A DNA stretch of 64,000 bases, taken from NCBI GenBank assembly GCA_963693365.1, contig CAVNZM010000010.1, forward strand, positions 1,178,001 to 1,242,000, in the 5' to 3' direction. Below, piece by piece: positions 12,545-26,264 of this stretch; position 1 is the first letter of the stretch; the number at the start of each line of letters is the position of its first letter. The position numbers were made by a program, and so were the translations under genes. Source of the stretch: Amoebidium appalachense. Its lineage: Eukaryota; Protista; Ichthyosporea. The notes below the pieces were generated by a model. That model was given only the letters and a program-made list of their open reading frames with translations, ran no database searches and was not told the DNA's origin.

Positions 12545-15500
12545 TCACTTGTCGCTTTATTTTTATTTTTCGTAGCTTTGGTTTTTTCAGTTCTATTGGT
12601 GGTTATGTAGCCTGTGGCTGCACCTTGCCTTCATCAACGGATCAATAAAACCGAGTCAAAAGAAAAATAATCATACACCCTAGAAAACTTACGTTAAACA
12701 TACCGTGGTTCAACAGATAGTCAATAGACGTAATATTTTTTTCTTTTGACTGGATTTATTCGACGGAAAGATATGACATTGTAGTATGCACGGCATACTG
12801 AGAAGACAATAAAAACTTCACGAGTTATCCAGTAACAAGTGCATACTGAGATACCTGAACACTGTGTGAAAATCATATAAATACTCAATGTGACGACCAA
12901 CAGAATTCAACAAAAGTCTAAAGTGTTCACATTGCCAGCTAGTGTAGCAGATACCCGGAGGGAAAGAGGTAAAACGCGACATAAAAATTCACACCTATCA
13001 ACATGCTTGCGATTAAAAAGGTCAGCACAAAAGTGGCACCAGCGGCGATGAAAACAAGAATTACAGCGCCACTGCACAACTTCCCAGGCAATATCAACAT
13101 CAGAGCACCAGACAGACTTATCTACTAGGGTGGTATCCATACGTACAGCAGGAGAAATGTATCCTGCCAAAGCTCCCAAAAAGCGATAATGATCAGTACG
13201 GTGTTGCCTATTAGGAACATAACACATGCCGACTGAGTTTTACCTTTGATTTCTCTATCAGAACGAGAAAGAAACTTATACTGCGTATGGTAATAACGCG
13301 AAAAGGCAGAAAAAACAGGAAGAGAAAAGAAAGAGGGAGTGAGATGAGAGGAAGAATCAGGTGGAAAGAGGGTAGGCTGAGGACATTCAGAAGTAGCGTT
13401 GGTGAATCGGGGGGGAAGAGGGATGGAGGGGAGGGGGGGAAAGAAAGCATAAAGAGGGTGACCATCAGGTAGCCTAACTAAATGAAAACAAAAACGAAGA
13501 GACAATTCCTCCATACGACAAACAGCAGACGACAATCCAAACATACTGATTAAGGGAGGCACAAACCGAGTACGAAACAAAGTGCGTAGCGCAGTACCCT
13601 GAAAATCGTCGAACTCGTTCAGCGCCATTGCCGCCTCGCGAGGTGGGGCGCAGGCCAATAGCGGAAGTCCATATTCGAAAGTCGGCCGTAAAAAAGTTTT
13701 ATAGTAGAGAAGAAGGTTCGCAGGATGGATCACAGACTCCGGTTGAAACATATTTGACACGATGTGAAGCTTACCCTTCGCACGAGCGATCCGTGCTGTG
13801 AGGAGCTTGCGGAAATCAATACCCCGTGCAGTAAAAGGAATACCCAAATAGTCATAGGTGCTCTGAACAGGAATAGGAAGGCCGGCCAATCGAAAGGAAG
13901 TGTTATCAGGATTATCTAAATAAGCCAGTCTTCTAATTTCTAACGGAATAATCTGAGATAAATAAATACATCTATCTAAGTGTTTACGAGAAAAAGGTTC
14001 TGCACAAAAGTGGCACAAACATTTATGGAAACAAAGGTTACAGCGCCAAAATAAACATTTCCAAGCTATATCACAAGGAGGGGTTAGAATTGTAAAATCG
14101 GTAAGTGTGGTAGGTTTACGAGAGGAAGGATAAATATAAGTAGCTAATTTACACAACGATTGTAAAGAAAATAGACGAGTCTCGAATATAAAAAGAAGCA
14201 CAGGCTCAAGACCCCTACCATGATACTCTTTATCACAATGATGAAGCAAGGGATATTGAGTATGGAACCAAGTAACATACTGCTGATAACTAGTAGAGGA
14301 GAAAATAAAGGAGATGTGTATTTGAAAGGATATCTCGGAATGGGAGAGAGATTGGGGATAGGACATTTCGCACGAACATTAGAAATGCCGGGAACAGGTG
14401 CTAAAGAAGGAAAGAGTTGCAACAAAGGATGATAAGAAGGAAGCCTAACCAAATGAAAACAAAAGCGAAGGCCTAATTCATTCGTACGCTGGCGCGCCGG
14501 AGGGAGACCAAAAACATTCAGCAAGGGAGCCGCCAAAGGTGATGCCTACGCGAGGTTCGAGAAATAAACTGGATGAATTCACGCTGAAAGGAATCGAATT
14601 CCCGAAGAGCCGCGTGCTGTTGCCGTGGAGGGGCACACAAGAGTAACGGGAGGCCATATTCGAAACATGGACGAAGAAAAACTTTATAAAGAGTGAGCAA
14701 ATTGGCAGGATGAATATTAGAGATATCTGCGAATATTCCTTGATAGATATGTAAGCGACCACGCGCATGAGAAATGCGCGAAGTCAAAAGGCGCTCAAAC
14801 CAGATACCCTTAGAGGTGAAAGGAATACCTAAATGGTCATAGGAGGACACGATTGGGATAGGTTGATTGTTCAGAGTGTCCTGTGCATTGGAAGAAAAGG
14901 TGCCGCTGCGGCATTTATCTATCCCAATTTTCATGAAATTTCGGAAACACCAGTCATCTACTCGAGAAAGCATGTTATTCAATGACATGATAGAAGGATC
15001 GTGAGTGACTAAGACAATATCATCAGCGAAAAAAAGGCCGGAGACACAAGAGTCGCCGGCAACTGGAAATTGTTGAATGTCTGCCGTAATATAAGTCGTC
15101 AATAAAGACATCAAAGAGAAGGGGACTCAAAAGTGAGCCCTGTAAAAGGCCTCGAGTACGATTGAATCCGTTACTAAGTACCCCATTCACAACGGCAGCC
15201 CCATGGGTGCGGTCAAATAACGCCTGAAGTAGCCGACCAAAGGGAAGAGGTAGCCCTCGAGAGGCCAACTTGTGCCACAGCAAATTCGTTGGAACCGTGT
15301 CATAGGCATTCTTAAGGTTGATAAAGCATACCTCGCGACATCCAGAACGAATTATTAATAGTGTAGTGTAATAGAAGAGCATGAGTATGATAGCACGAAT
15401 AAGCACGCCGAAATCCGCCCTGAATGTTGCTCAACCGGAAGACACTCGATAAGGTCTCATGCTTGTGGAAGGCACGCAATATGCAGGACTCGAATAGGCG

Positions 15501-16420
15501 ACGAAATATGTTAGTTAAGGTGACTGGCCGGAAGGAAGAAATTGGACCAGTAGAGACCTTGCGGACTGGATTAATGATGGTGTCATTCCACGACGAAGGA
15601 ATGAATCCCAACTCATAGAAGGCAGAGAAAAACTCGCTCACCAAATACGCAAAGGGGGGTGGAGGCGGCGTATTCCCGCCTTTGGTAATAACGGGCGGAG
15701 GGCACAATGCCTTAAGAAGCGCGGGTGGAAGGGCATCCGGACCACAAGCCTTCTTGGGTTTAGGGCAGAATTCGAAATAGCACGTTGAACGTGTGCAGCA
15801 TTAAAATAGCTCAAATATTCGCCTGGAAAATAAGAATCAATCGGCCAGGAAGGTGGTGTGGAGAGTAAAGAATATGAAGGGTGCGTGGAAGGAGCAGAAT
15901 TAAGGTGGAATAATTTGGAATAATAGTCATCTGTGGAAGTGAGTGTGTCGGGTTTATCAGGGCTACATGTAATAGTGATGGAAGGGCCAAATCGCCCTAG
16001 ACTCTTGAGGGTGGAAATGCAAGAATCGTGGGAAAGTGTTTGACCTAAGTGACCTAAGGTGAGAGATGGTCGTAACCTAATATACGGATATGCGACACTA
16101 CCGACCACACTATCACCTATTGTAATTCAAATAGAAAATCAACAAGAAGAGAATAACATACCTCAAGAGTTATGGGTCCCTCGCTGTCGAGCATCCTGCA
16201 CGCGCTTACAGGAGGGTGAGGTGAATCTCCTTATAGGCATTTTGAATACTAAGCCGATTGAGTTCATCCTTGAATTTGCGACCAATAAGGCGTTTAGTTA
16301 CACGAACAATGTGTGGCGAAACAGGAGTGGAAATTTGAATAGTAATAGGCTTGTGGTCCGATGCAGTAGAAAGCGCAGCGTCGGAAAGTAGGCAGATCTA
16401 GGTCGTAATCTTCTACAAAA
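12545..16420 (-). mobile_element. Decayed 5'-truncated APE-type non-LTR retrotransposon (LINE family A)
   Basis: APE C-terminal motif SDHKPI at ~16344-16361; RT motifs spread over frameshifted ORFs (SFRPVTLTNIFRRLFE, QGGFR, NLKNAYDTV, GLLQGSLLSPLLF, LFFADDIVL, YDHLGIPF); C-terminal CHFC..RKHLDRC zinc knuckle; tail SIDYLLNHG resumes at ~12735. Confidence 0.9.
12736..13899 (-). mobile_element. 5'-truncated LINE family B copy nested inside LINE A
   Basis: Near-identical to the reverse complement of ~34720-35910; ends in ...AATAAATCCAGTC followed by an A-tail (T-run at 12736-12747). Confidence 0.9.
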
Positions 16421-17380
16421 AGAATTAAGGGACACAAAATATGTATAAATAATATATTATTTCCATATTAGTTATGTTTTTTTGAATTCATGGCGCCTTC
16501 TCAACTTCTTCTTACATAATTAGAGCAAATTATAACCTCAAGACTGTTGTTTTTTGTTTCCTCAGATTGGGGTTTCTTTGGTCCACATATCCTTTAAAAG
16601 CATCTGGGGGATTCGCGCCAAAATGATTACGAACCAATGAAAAGGGGCCCACGGTCCGCTACTCCTCAGGGTTCGAACTGACTTGAAGTGGATCCAGAGC
16701 CTCCCTTATATACGTGCCAGCAGCGAGTAGAAAAAACAAAAGGCGCCACTTTTTGATTAAAGATATTTTATATACATATAATATGCGTACGTGGGTTCCA
16801 ACATGTGACACATGCATATGTTATTAAGGATTTCTGTGTCGCCATGCACCACTTCCACCCACCCGACCTATCGTTCACATCACTTTTACTGGAAATCGGC
16901 CAAAGCGGCCCGTGATTTATCACGGGCCGCGAGGCCGCACAACCAATCACAAGCCTCAGATATGCATGCCCACTGGTTTGACCAATTAAACACAGCCAAA
17001 TTATACTCAGGAATTTGGTACCATCGTGAAAACATGCCCCCCAAAGAGAAAAACCCGCGGAAACCCTCTTGCGCCGCGCTCCCCACCGTAGAACGACTCA
17101 CAGTTAGTGGGCTCTAACTAGTAGTTTTCCGCAGTAGCCACCTCCAAGCCACACAACGCCGCGAAAACGCCGTTCCAACAGGCCCACTAGACCCAAGCTA
17201 CAAGTTTTTTCGCAAAACCCACTACCCACCCTGCCCAACTCAACGCTTCAAGAAACCGGGTGCCTCCTGTAGGCTACAACCGTAACAACTTCTTAGTTCA
17301 ACCCAACCCGTAAAGTGGTCCTCTCCCACTTAACGGTCCTAGAACCCACAGCGCACCCCGAAGCTACAAAAACGTCCACC

Positions 17381-17418
<38 letters not shown>

Positions 17419-17544
17419 GCTTACGGCCACTAACCCGGAGCGTCCATGCCCAAGCCCAAGCCCCAGTGTCGTAGCGGGCAAACCGACACCGCTCATCGAC
17501 ACCACCACCCCTACCAAACGACCGTGACGTCAGTCTCGCCTGTA

Positions 17545-18200
17545 TCATATGGTCGACACCAACCAGCCCACCGACCGCACCAACACATACGCCACCCTGG
17601 TCAGCACCCACCAACCTCCTGACCGCACCATCGTATGTCACCCTGGTCAACACCGTCAAAAACAACCAAGTGTAACAGACCACAGTGTCGCATGTGTCAC
17701 CGCCCGGTCAACACCAAACAACTCCCGACCACACCTTCACATGCCCCAGTGGGTCACCACCAAGCAATTCACCACCCACACTAACGTTACATGCTCCACC
17801 CGGTCAACACCAACACTCCTTGACCACACCATGCATGCAGAACCCGGCATTGCTATCACCAAGCAACCCACAGACCACACTAGCACACGCCACCTGGTCA
17901 GCACCCAGCAACTTCCTGACCGCACCATCGTGTGTTAACCCTGTCCGACACAAAACAACACTTCAACCACACACTGCATGTGAGCCCCACGGAGCCCTTT
18001 GGGGAGGGCCCGACAACGCCTTCACGTGCACTCGTTGGAGTTACCCAACAACCAACCGACCACACCAACACATACGCCACCCTGGTCAGCACCTAACACC
18101 ACCCTGGCCACACCCGATCGTATGCTCAACCCGGTCATCACCAACAAGCAACCAACCAACCACACGTATGTGCCATCACCAGGTCAACACCAACAACCCC
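17545..18200. repeat. Degenerate ~50-bp minisatellite
   Basis: GGTCARCACC-like core recurs about 10 times at ~50-bp or multiple spacing. Confidence 0.65.
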
Positions 18201-20576
18201 TGACCACACCAACACATGCACCACCCAATACCGAGCCAAAAGCTGTTTTCTGTACCCTTAATCCCCTTTGAACTTGCCCTGTAACTCTGGGGGCTGCTGC
18301 TAAAAGTTACAGGGTGGGGCTGCTGCATGTATACTAGTACTATGTATATTATTGTGCTGTTTAGAGACCGATCGTTCTGCCACTCACACGTACTGACGGT
18401 GTGCACGCGCTGCGATGAACTTTACGTTCGCCCGATTTTTCCTTACACTCTCGCGACCGCGTGCATGCTTTCTGTCGCGGCGCCTCGACGGTTCTATAGA
18501 GTCCAGTGTTCGCTGAATGTGTAAGGAAAAATAAGGAGCCATCTCAGTAGGTGGCAGTTCTGCCATGTCTGTCTAATAAAAGGGCTCAGTTTAGAACGTG
18601 GGTATATAGGTCCTGTGGGGCTGGTATTGTACCACTATTCAGCGGTACTGAATAAGACCTTAAGGGGATAAAAAGGTTCAAAACAAAATGTGTCGCCGTG
18701 TATGCATATGCGCAGCATGCGCACGGGTATGCGCACGTGGCCATGGGGCATGATGATGCACACGCTACAAAAAATAACTCCCGGCCGCGTCAGTGCACTT
18801 CAAAGAGCATAACGTAGGCCTATTCATCTGGGAAACTTTTCGACAAACATTTTGAGCCAGATTCGAAGAGAACCTGTTTTGAGTACTATAGGTGCTATTA
18901 AATATCTACATATGCAATCAAAACAGACTCGGACAAAAATTAGCCCTTTGCCACGTGATCTTGAAGGAATGCACTCTGCCAAGTTGGGCCGACTCGCTGC
19001 CAGCCGAAGGGCGGTGCACATTCCATGCAACATACAACCTAATGTGCAATTGAAAATCAGGGAAATGTCTAAAATAAATAGCATATACGTACATATCCTT
19101 AATTAGTCAAGACTTCAGGAAGTTGTAATACGTTTTGCCTAAAAGATATCAATAGTTACATTTACTGTAGATCTACAAACGAAAGGTCTTAACAGGCTAG
19201 GCTTACGGCGGTTGTCAATCAGATGCAGTAATACATTGACAAAAAGTACATTTTGTGGATATATTAAACTTTTAGAATGTACTCGGAACGCTCTACATGT
19301 CCACATTCCGAGCTCGCTGAATCAATGATTGGACAAATTTAGAATTCAATCATATTGAATTCAAAGCTCCCCTGCCAAAGTGAGCTCGTGAGTTGTTGAA
19401 GAAAAACGGATAAAGGGCAAGAAGTACAAAATAAAAGGAAAATAGACTTATAATTAAAAATATCAGCCCTATATGAAGCAAAATGAGTGATATTATTCCG
19501 TATTTCGTGGCAAATGTTAGTGAGCACGGGCCTCTTCGCAATCCATTTACAGCCCTGAGAGGCACATTCCTGCATTCATGCATGCAGTAGATGTGCGAAC
19601 TAGTTTAGAAAATCACTTTTCCCGTACAAACGCTAACTTCCATATTCTCCCCTCAAGAAGACTTAAAAATTGACTTTGATGACACATGTTGTGGTAGACT
19701 ACTGGGGATCCCGCACAAACGGGGATTTGTTGAACTTTTCTCCCGTATCAGCCTAGGAGTCTCTGCCTCCGCCCTTTCGCACGGTTTCATGATGCTCATG
19801 CATTTCCAGCTGAGCCAATTTTTCATAGACACACGCCACTGCATTCGAAAGAGCGAGTTGTATGACTGTAAAAAGTAACGGAGTTCGGTATAGAGTTTGT
19901 CTTTTTAGCTCAAACGTAACAACACTGCCGACGGCTTTAGTAGTCTAAAGTTCGGGTTTTCATTCTGTGGTGAATTGATCCCCTGCACTCAACGTTTTGC
20001 TGCTTGTTGTTTAAAGTTTATGTTTACTCACAAACATCTTAAATCTTTGTTTGTTATGCACATGATTTCAGGCTCTGGAAGGCATGTTCGTCGGTAGTCA
20101 CACAAAGCTAGCCTAACCTTCAGACTGATTCGTTTCGTAAACAACGTGACCATCTGCAAAGAGGTAGTAAAGAGAGTTTTCCGGACCACTATGATAAAGA
20201 TTGGGTAGACGCTTTACAATAACTCTGAAATTCCTTTTTCTTTTTTTTTTTCCTTTTCATTTTTTTTTATTTTTAGATTTGGCACTCAGTAAAGTAGTAT
20301 TAATGAGAAAGAATAATACAAACGACCCTAGCTTCACATGAAGCAAGGATACACCATTTTCAAACCGAAGAGTAACAACATGCACTTTCAGTACTAGAGC
20401 ACCAATCTTTTTGGCTGGAAAGTTCACTGTTTGTTCGGCTTTCCGAGGCGGGAGCTACCATGGTGGCCGGCAGGAGGGCATATGCAAGCCCCGATGTTCG
20501 TCACTCTTCTCTTTTTTATATTTCCAGTGCAGGATATTTTTAGCACACGTCATGACATCATGCAGGAAGTGAAAAA

Positions 20577-22391
20577 ATGGCCGCAAACACAACGACATTC
20601 CTCTGCCCCGTATTCCACACGACGAGCACGTGTGTCCTTTCCTGGGCCACATACATGGGAGTAGAACACGAAGTTCCAGCCGCATCCGTCGCTCTACTAA
20701 CGTCACTACTTCTTGCATACAGCACGCTTGTATGCTACCAACACGTGCGAATTTCCGGGTTTTTCCCAATTTCCGCCCCCCACGACAAATCGGTTGCCTT
20801 TTCCGCTTTCCTGGCAATTATCACTTTGGTCATCACCTTACCTGACCCGTTCGCTTACCGAGATTTGTTCGGAGAGCCCATTTTCCTATGCATTCGCAGC
20901 TGCACGTTTACGTTGTCGTTTCTTGCCCTGGCCTACTACACCATTAGATGGCAGGGAATACTCGATGCAAGTGCGGGGTTAACACAACACACGGAGGCTT
21001 CACGTTTAAGGTTAAATGGTGATCATGCAGCAGCGGTGGCATCTCGCAACGCACATTCCCCGGGCACGTTGAACGAAAAACCGCGCCAAAACATCTTTTC
21101 CCGCTGGCACGACAAATTGCGGAACACCAGCCGGTCTCGGTTACGACGCATGTTGGTTGTTGCTACCGTGCACGTGTGCACATGGGGTGTGGTGGCCATT
21201 CAAATACTGTTTGCAGTTTTGGGCGAGTTGGGCCGCCGGACGAACGACAAAATGGGCCTGACCCGAACCGAAAGTCTCGTTGGTAATCTGGTTGCAAACG
21301 CAGTCGGGTCGGGGCTTCTCGCGGTGATTTTTGTCTACCACACGATTGTCGTTTTGGGAATTATGGTGGAAAGCCGTAAGAGATGCCACATGCTTCTCGA
21401 TCGTGGGCAGAGCGCTGCTTCCAGATCCGGTTCCAGACGAAGGAATACAACGAGGGAGCGGGGAACAAGCGTGAGTTCGACAAACACGATTCAGCTTTCC
21501 CTGTTGTGTAATTTGGCAAATGATGCCGTGCTAGGTGTGGGTGGGGGGGTGGGAGCAAACGGTGGTGCAGGCGCAGATGCCGGTCGTAAAGACGTGAAAT
21601 ATGCGGAAAGGTTCGAGCTCGAAATTACGGGAGAGGTGCCAGAATCCGGAATTAACCGGCCATCCCTCGTGGGATGCTCCCGAAGGAGGAGTGCTGGGGG
21701 ATGGCATGATGCGTTGGACGCTGCCCTTTCCCCACTAACGGAGGATATGCTCTCGGAAAGGGCCGGTGTGTCTGACGACGCTTTGCGCGGAAAGCGCTCG
21801 AAGCTTCAGGCGTCTTCCTTGACGCCCATTGGGAAGATTCAGGCGGGCAGTGATGTGATGATCCCTGATGTCATGGCGGGGGGTTCCAATAGTAACAAGA
21901 CGGAGAGCCTCGAGGGATCCCTAAAGCTGAACATGAACACCCCGGCCGTCCCGAAAATTAACGACGCAAGGCATGGGGTCGTAAGGGAGGAGCCTACATT
22001 GCCAAACGCGGAAAACCGGAGTTTGACCGGAACATCCGACGCTTTGCGAAAAAACCCCAGCAGTGATGACGGCACGACCCCATCGACTTTTGCACATGCG
22101 AGACATGTCATTGTGAGTAATCGACTGGCCCTTCTGTCGTTGGTTGTGACGTTGGGCCTCCTTGTCATAACTGTGTTCATGTCGATCAGGGTTGTGCATG
22201 TGATGGCGGATAATCGGAGATGGGTGGGGGAGTACCCCCCGCCTACTTTGTATACGTTGATGATTGGCGATTCGGGGTGGGTTATTTATATTGTTCTAGG
22301 GTGGTTGTTTGCTTTGGTGCATTTCGCGAGACCCGCTCGGAGGGGGAATTTCTTCTCTACCGGAATGGGAACCACACAGGAGGTGGTATAA
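20577..22391 (+). CDS. Intronless seven-transmembrane (GPCR-like) protein with a very large third intracellular loop
   Basis: 604-aa ORF; N-terminal sequon NTT; five hydrophobic segments, a ~250-aa hydrophilic loop, then two more hydrophobic segments. Confidence 0.8.
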   Translation: MAANTTTFLCPVFHTTSTCVLSWATYMGVEHEVPAASVALLTSLLLAYSTLVCYQHVRISGFFPISAPHDKSVAFSAFLAIITLVITLPDPFAYRDLFGEPIFLCIRSCTFTLSFLALAYYTIRWQGILDASAGLTQHTEASRLRLNGDHAAAVASRNAHSPGTLNEKPRQNIFSRWHDKLRNTSRSRLRRMLVVATVHVCTWGVVAIQILFAVLGELGRRTNDKMGLTRTESLVGNLVANAVGSGLLAVIFVYHTIVVLGIMVESRKRCHMLLDRGQSAASRSGSRRRNTTRERGTSVSSTNTIQLSLLCNLANDAVLGVGGGVGANGGAGADAGRKDVKYAERFELEITGEVPESGINRPSLVGCSRRRSAGGWHDALDAALSPLTEDMLSERAGVSDDALRGKRSKLQASSLTPIGKIQAGSDVMIPDVMAGGSNSNKTESLEGSLKLNMNTPAVPKINDARHGVVREEPTLPNAENRSLTGTSDALRKNPSSDDGTTPSTFAHARHVIVSNRLALLSLVVTLGLLVITVFMSIRVVHVMADNRRWVGEYPPPTLYTLMIGDSGWVIYIVLGWLFALVHFARPARRGNFFSTGMGTTQEVV

Positions 22392-22831
22392 GCGCTTTAA
22401 CGTTTATAGGTCTTAATGTGATAGAGATGAACCTATTGACCATATATGGTCATAGGATTTAGTCGGTAACATCCGAGTTGGTTAACACTGTTTAAATCCC
22501 TCGTATGTTTGATCATGACTCTGAGTGTGGAATGACTTTGTGGAGATACATATAGTAGTGTACACTAATGGAATGTATGGTGTAGAAAGTCGTAAACGAT
22601 AAAACTATCTGAGTAAAAATGTAAATATTAGGGTGTCTTAAATTTAAATTGTCCGCTGAATGAACTCTCTCTGTGCTCACATTTTTTTTTTTTTTTGACC
22701 TCTTACGGTTGTGTTACCGACAATCAAGAATATATACTCAACGGATGCACTCTTTTCCTTTCTCCCTCTACTCATGGTCGTGGTGATGGTGGTTGGTGGG
22801 GGGGGGAGGGGGACGGGGGGGGGGGGGGGGG

Positions 22832-22877
<46 letters not shown>

Positions 22878-23689
22878 AAACTGGCATAGATTTGTCATGT
22901 AAGGTAGAGAGATACACTGATGGGGCTTTCTGCGTAGAGATATACTGATGGGGCCTTCTGCGTTTCTATCACGTGCATGTATGACTGAATAAAGTTTTAT
23001 CAAAACGGTTGGCCAAAGTCCCGAAAGTATACTGGCACATGTATTCGCTTTTTGAAACCCATTGATGGCATTCATGTTTACGTATACGTAGAAACCCACG
23101 TGTTTTGCAGTTGTACTTTAAGTTTACCATAATGAACATATGGTGTAATTCGCTATTAGTATTAGCTATGTTCGACAAGTGTATACCGAAAAATTAAAGC
23201 CACTATAGTTGGCCGTAGTTAGTAAGTGCATAATAGACATGTACACGCCAACAATTACTGGAGGTGATTTGAAATCGGCTGTGTGTGCTGCATTTTACTG
23301 AAGGTGAACTTAACCTGCCACGCCACCGCACAGTAAGTGGTGATAATGTGGTTAACAGTATATGTGTGTCTGAGAACACGAAGAAATTTTTAAACGTTCG
23401 TTCTTGCAGGCAATAAGCAAGGCATGATGGTGAAATAATAATCTCTTGTGGTGTTTTTTGAAAGCAAAATGCCACATTGCGCCAGTCACGCCGTGACATT
23501 GTAAGGCTTCACCTTAAACTTTCTAGGGTGCACTGACGTCATTGGCATTTGCATTTAGGATATTGGCTCCCCCAATCAGGCAGCGCCTGCAGTGTGTGTG
23601 TGTTGGGGGGGGGGGGGGGGGGGGGGGGGGGTGCGTGGGTGCGTGGGCGCGTGTGTCCGTGTGTGCGTGCCGCTGACAGTGTGTGTCCG

Positions 23690-23756
<67 letters not shown>

Positions 23757-24737
23757 GTGTGTGTGTGTATGCGTGGGGTGGGTGACCCGTACGCATGTCA
23801 GTAGGTGGGTGGGTGGCTGATGCACTGTGGGTGGGCGGCAGGCTATCCAATTTGTAAGTTCTGTTTTTCTTTCTTTCTTTCTTTCTTTTTTCTTTTTTTT
23901 TTGGTGTGTGTGTGAAGAGGAGGGAGGAGGGGGGGGGGGGGGCACATTTTTTTGCCTTCTGCGTATAGCTGAGTATGCCGTGCGTACTTACATCTCTCTC
24001 CCTCGAAAAAATGCAGTCAAAAGAAAAAAAAACTAAAGTGAATTCGGGCGGGGTACTCAAGCATGCGGGGAATCGATAAGATTTTTTATTGTTTTTGCAT
24101 GTGGAGAAAGTTGTACTTCTTCAAACGAAAGGGTTTACTCAGTCTTAACATTTATAGATCGATTGGGAGCACTGCTCTTTGAGTGCGTGCATGGAAGGAA
24201 AAACGAAACTAGTCAAAAAGACAAACAATGGTAACAGTTCCTGTTATAGTACCTTGAAAACCATAAACAAAAGTGAAAATTCAATGAGAAAACACACACA
24301 AAACCCCCGAAAGAAAGTGTTACATTCACACCAAGCACAGTTACTGTAACAGTGTGTGCCGGTACCAACAACTACACTACCCGAGTTCGCGCTATAGGCT
24401 AACTATCTATATACACACACAATAGGGCAGAGAACGTACTTTTCAGATCACACACGTGCTTTTAAGTTATAGTATTTTTTATTTGGCCGATGATTTCTTA
24501 AACAGGGCCAGTATCCCAGTGATATAGTGGGTTCATTAAACACATACACGAATTAGACAGTCACAACACACGAGAGAAACGATTACTGACACGTCTCCAC
24601 AAAAAATCTCAAGAAATTTTCAAGGGCCCCTTGTTTTACCACTGACCCCACCAAGAAAACACGATCGGACAAAATTCTCACGTGTGAGGTGGTCAGAAAG
24701 GGCAATAACAGGTGTCGGTATGTGTTTGTGTGTGTGT

Positions 24738-24799
<62 letters not shown>

Positions 24800-25150
24800 C
24801 GCGCGCGTGCGTGTGTGCGCGCACGTGTGTGTGTGTGTATGGGGTGTGTGCGCGCGCGTGTGTGTGCACACGCATGTGGCATCGTGTGTGCGTGTACGTG
24901 TCCATGCGCACACGCATGCAAGTGCGCATGTGGTTGAACGTTTACTGATCTGCTGACGTGTTCGTCCCTGTATCATAGTATACGTTTGCGAGAGAGAAAG
25001 CGAAGGCAAAAGCCGCAAACACACATGGAACATACGATTCCAAAAGTAGTGAATCAGAGAGAAATTTCGTGCGCACATTGTAAAGCCCCCCTCCTTCCCC
25101 CCTCCCCCCCCCCCCCCCCCCTCCCTCCCTCCTCCCGCCGGGTGCACCCA

Positions 25151-25695
25151 TTATTCAGAATTAAACCTCTCCCTCACCTCCCTCCACTCCAAATACCGCG
25201 GATAGGCATCCCTGCCCAACATTTCGTAAATTTGCGTGTACGCTTCGTCAAAAACCCCCAAAAGCCGGCTGCTCCGCTCTAGGGGGTCACATTTTCCGGC
25301 GCTGTCAAGAGCCTGACGGGCCGCCCGGACGGTCGTGACACTAATGTTGACTTCGTACATGGAGGCAGGGGTCATGAATTTGATAAAAATTTCACGTGCA
25401 AGCTCCTGAAATTTCAAGTGGGAAATGGAGGGGTTAGGAAACAACACACAACACACCTGAGAAGGTTGTACATTGAGTTTGGGGTGTGGGGTGGGGAGGT
25501 TGTCTGTGTGAGTTCGTTGCTTTTTTTGCCTTTCTCATCTTTAAACCGGTCACCACTTCTGGTCAGCCTTTTCAGTTCGTTTTTCTGTCTTTTCTTTTCT
25601 TATCTTTGGTCTTCAAAGAGTGAATGAAGGGGAGGAGGAACACATACAGAGTGAGAAAGTGAGAGTGAGTGAAGTGCGAAAGGGGCGGGCGGGCG

Positions 25696-25733
<38 letters not shown>

Positions 25734-26228
25734 AGGGAGAGAAAGAAGGCGAGAGGTCAAGACACAAAGAGAGGCGGAGAGAGAAATTGGGGGGGGGAGG
25801 GGGGAGGGGGGGTAGCAAATCTAGATCACACATACACGCACACACACCTCACAGCCCAGCCCCCCCCCCCCCCCCCCCCCCCCCCCCAAACACACACACC
25901 CAACCACCACCACCACCACTACCCAACACTCACACCGCCAATCACTCCCCCTCCTAATTATCCCACCCACACACTCACACCCATTCACCCACACCCACCC
26001 ACACACCTCCGTGAACACTCACTGTTCCTACAGACAATTAAAACAAGCACAGAGACCAATCCTTCCCCTCCCTCCCCTCCACATCCACACACCCCAGCAC
26101 CCCCCCACACACACACCCTCCACCCAGCCCCCTCCTTCCCCCCCCCCCCCCCCCCCCCCCCACCTACCCCCCCACCCTTGCCCCCCCCCCCTTTCCCCCT
26201 CCCTCCCCCCTCCCCCCTTGCCATCCCT

Positions 26229-26264
<36 letters not shown>

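Noticed and set aside
13125-14366. 413-aa ORF as a novel intact gene
   Set aside because: It is a chimera of two nested LINE fragments and lacks the RT catalytic core.
18259-18672. piggyBac-like MITE (TTAA-TCCCCTT ... AAGGGGATAA)
   Set aside because: The inverted repeat is short, TTAA is not matched on the right, and there is no second copy in the window.
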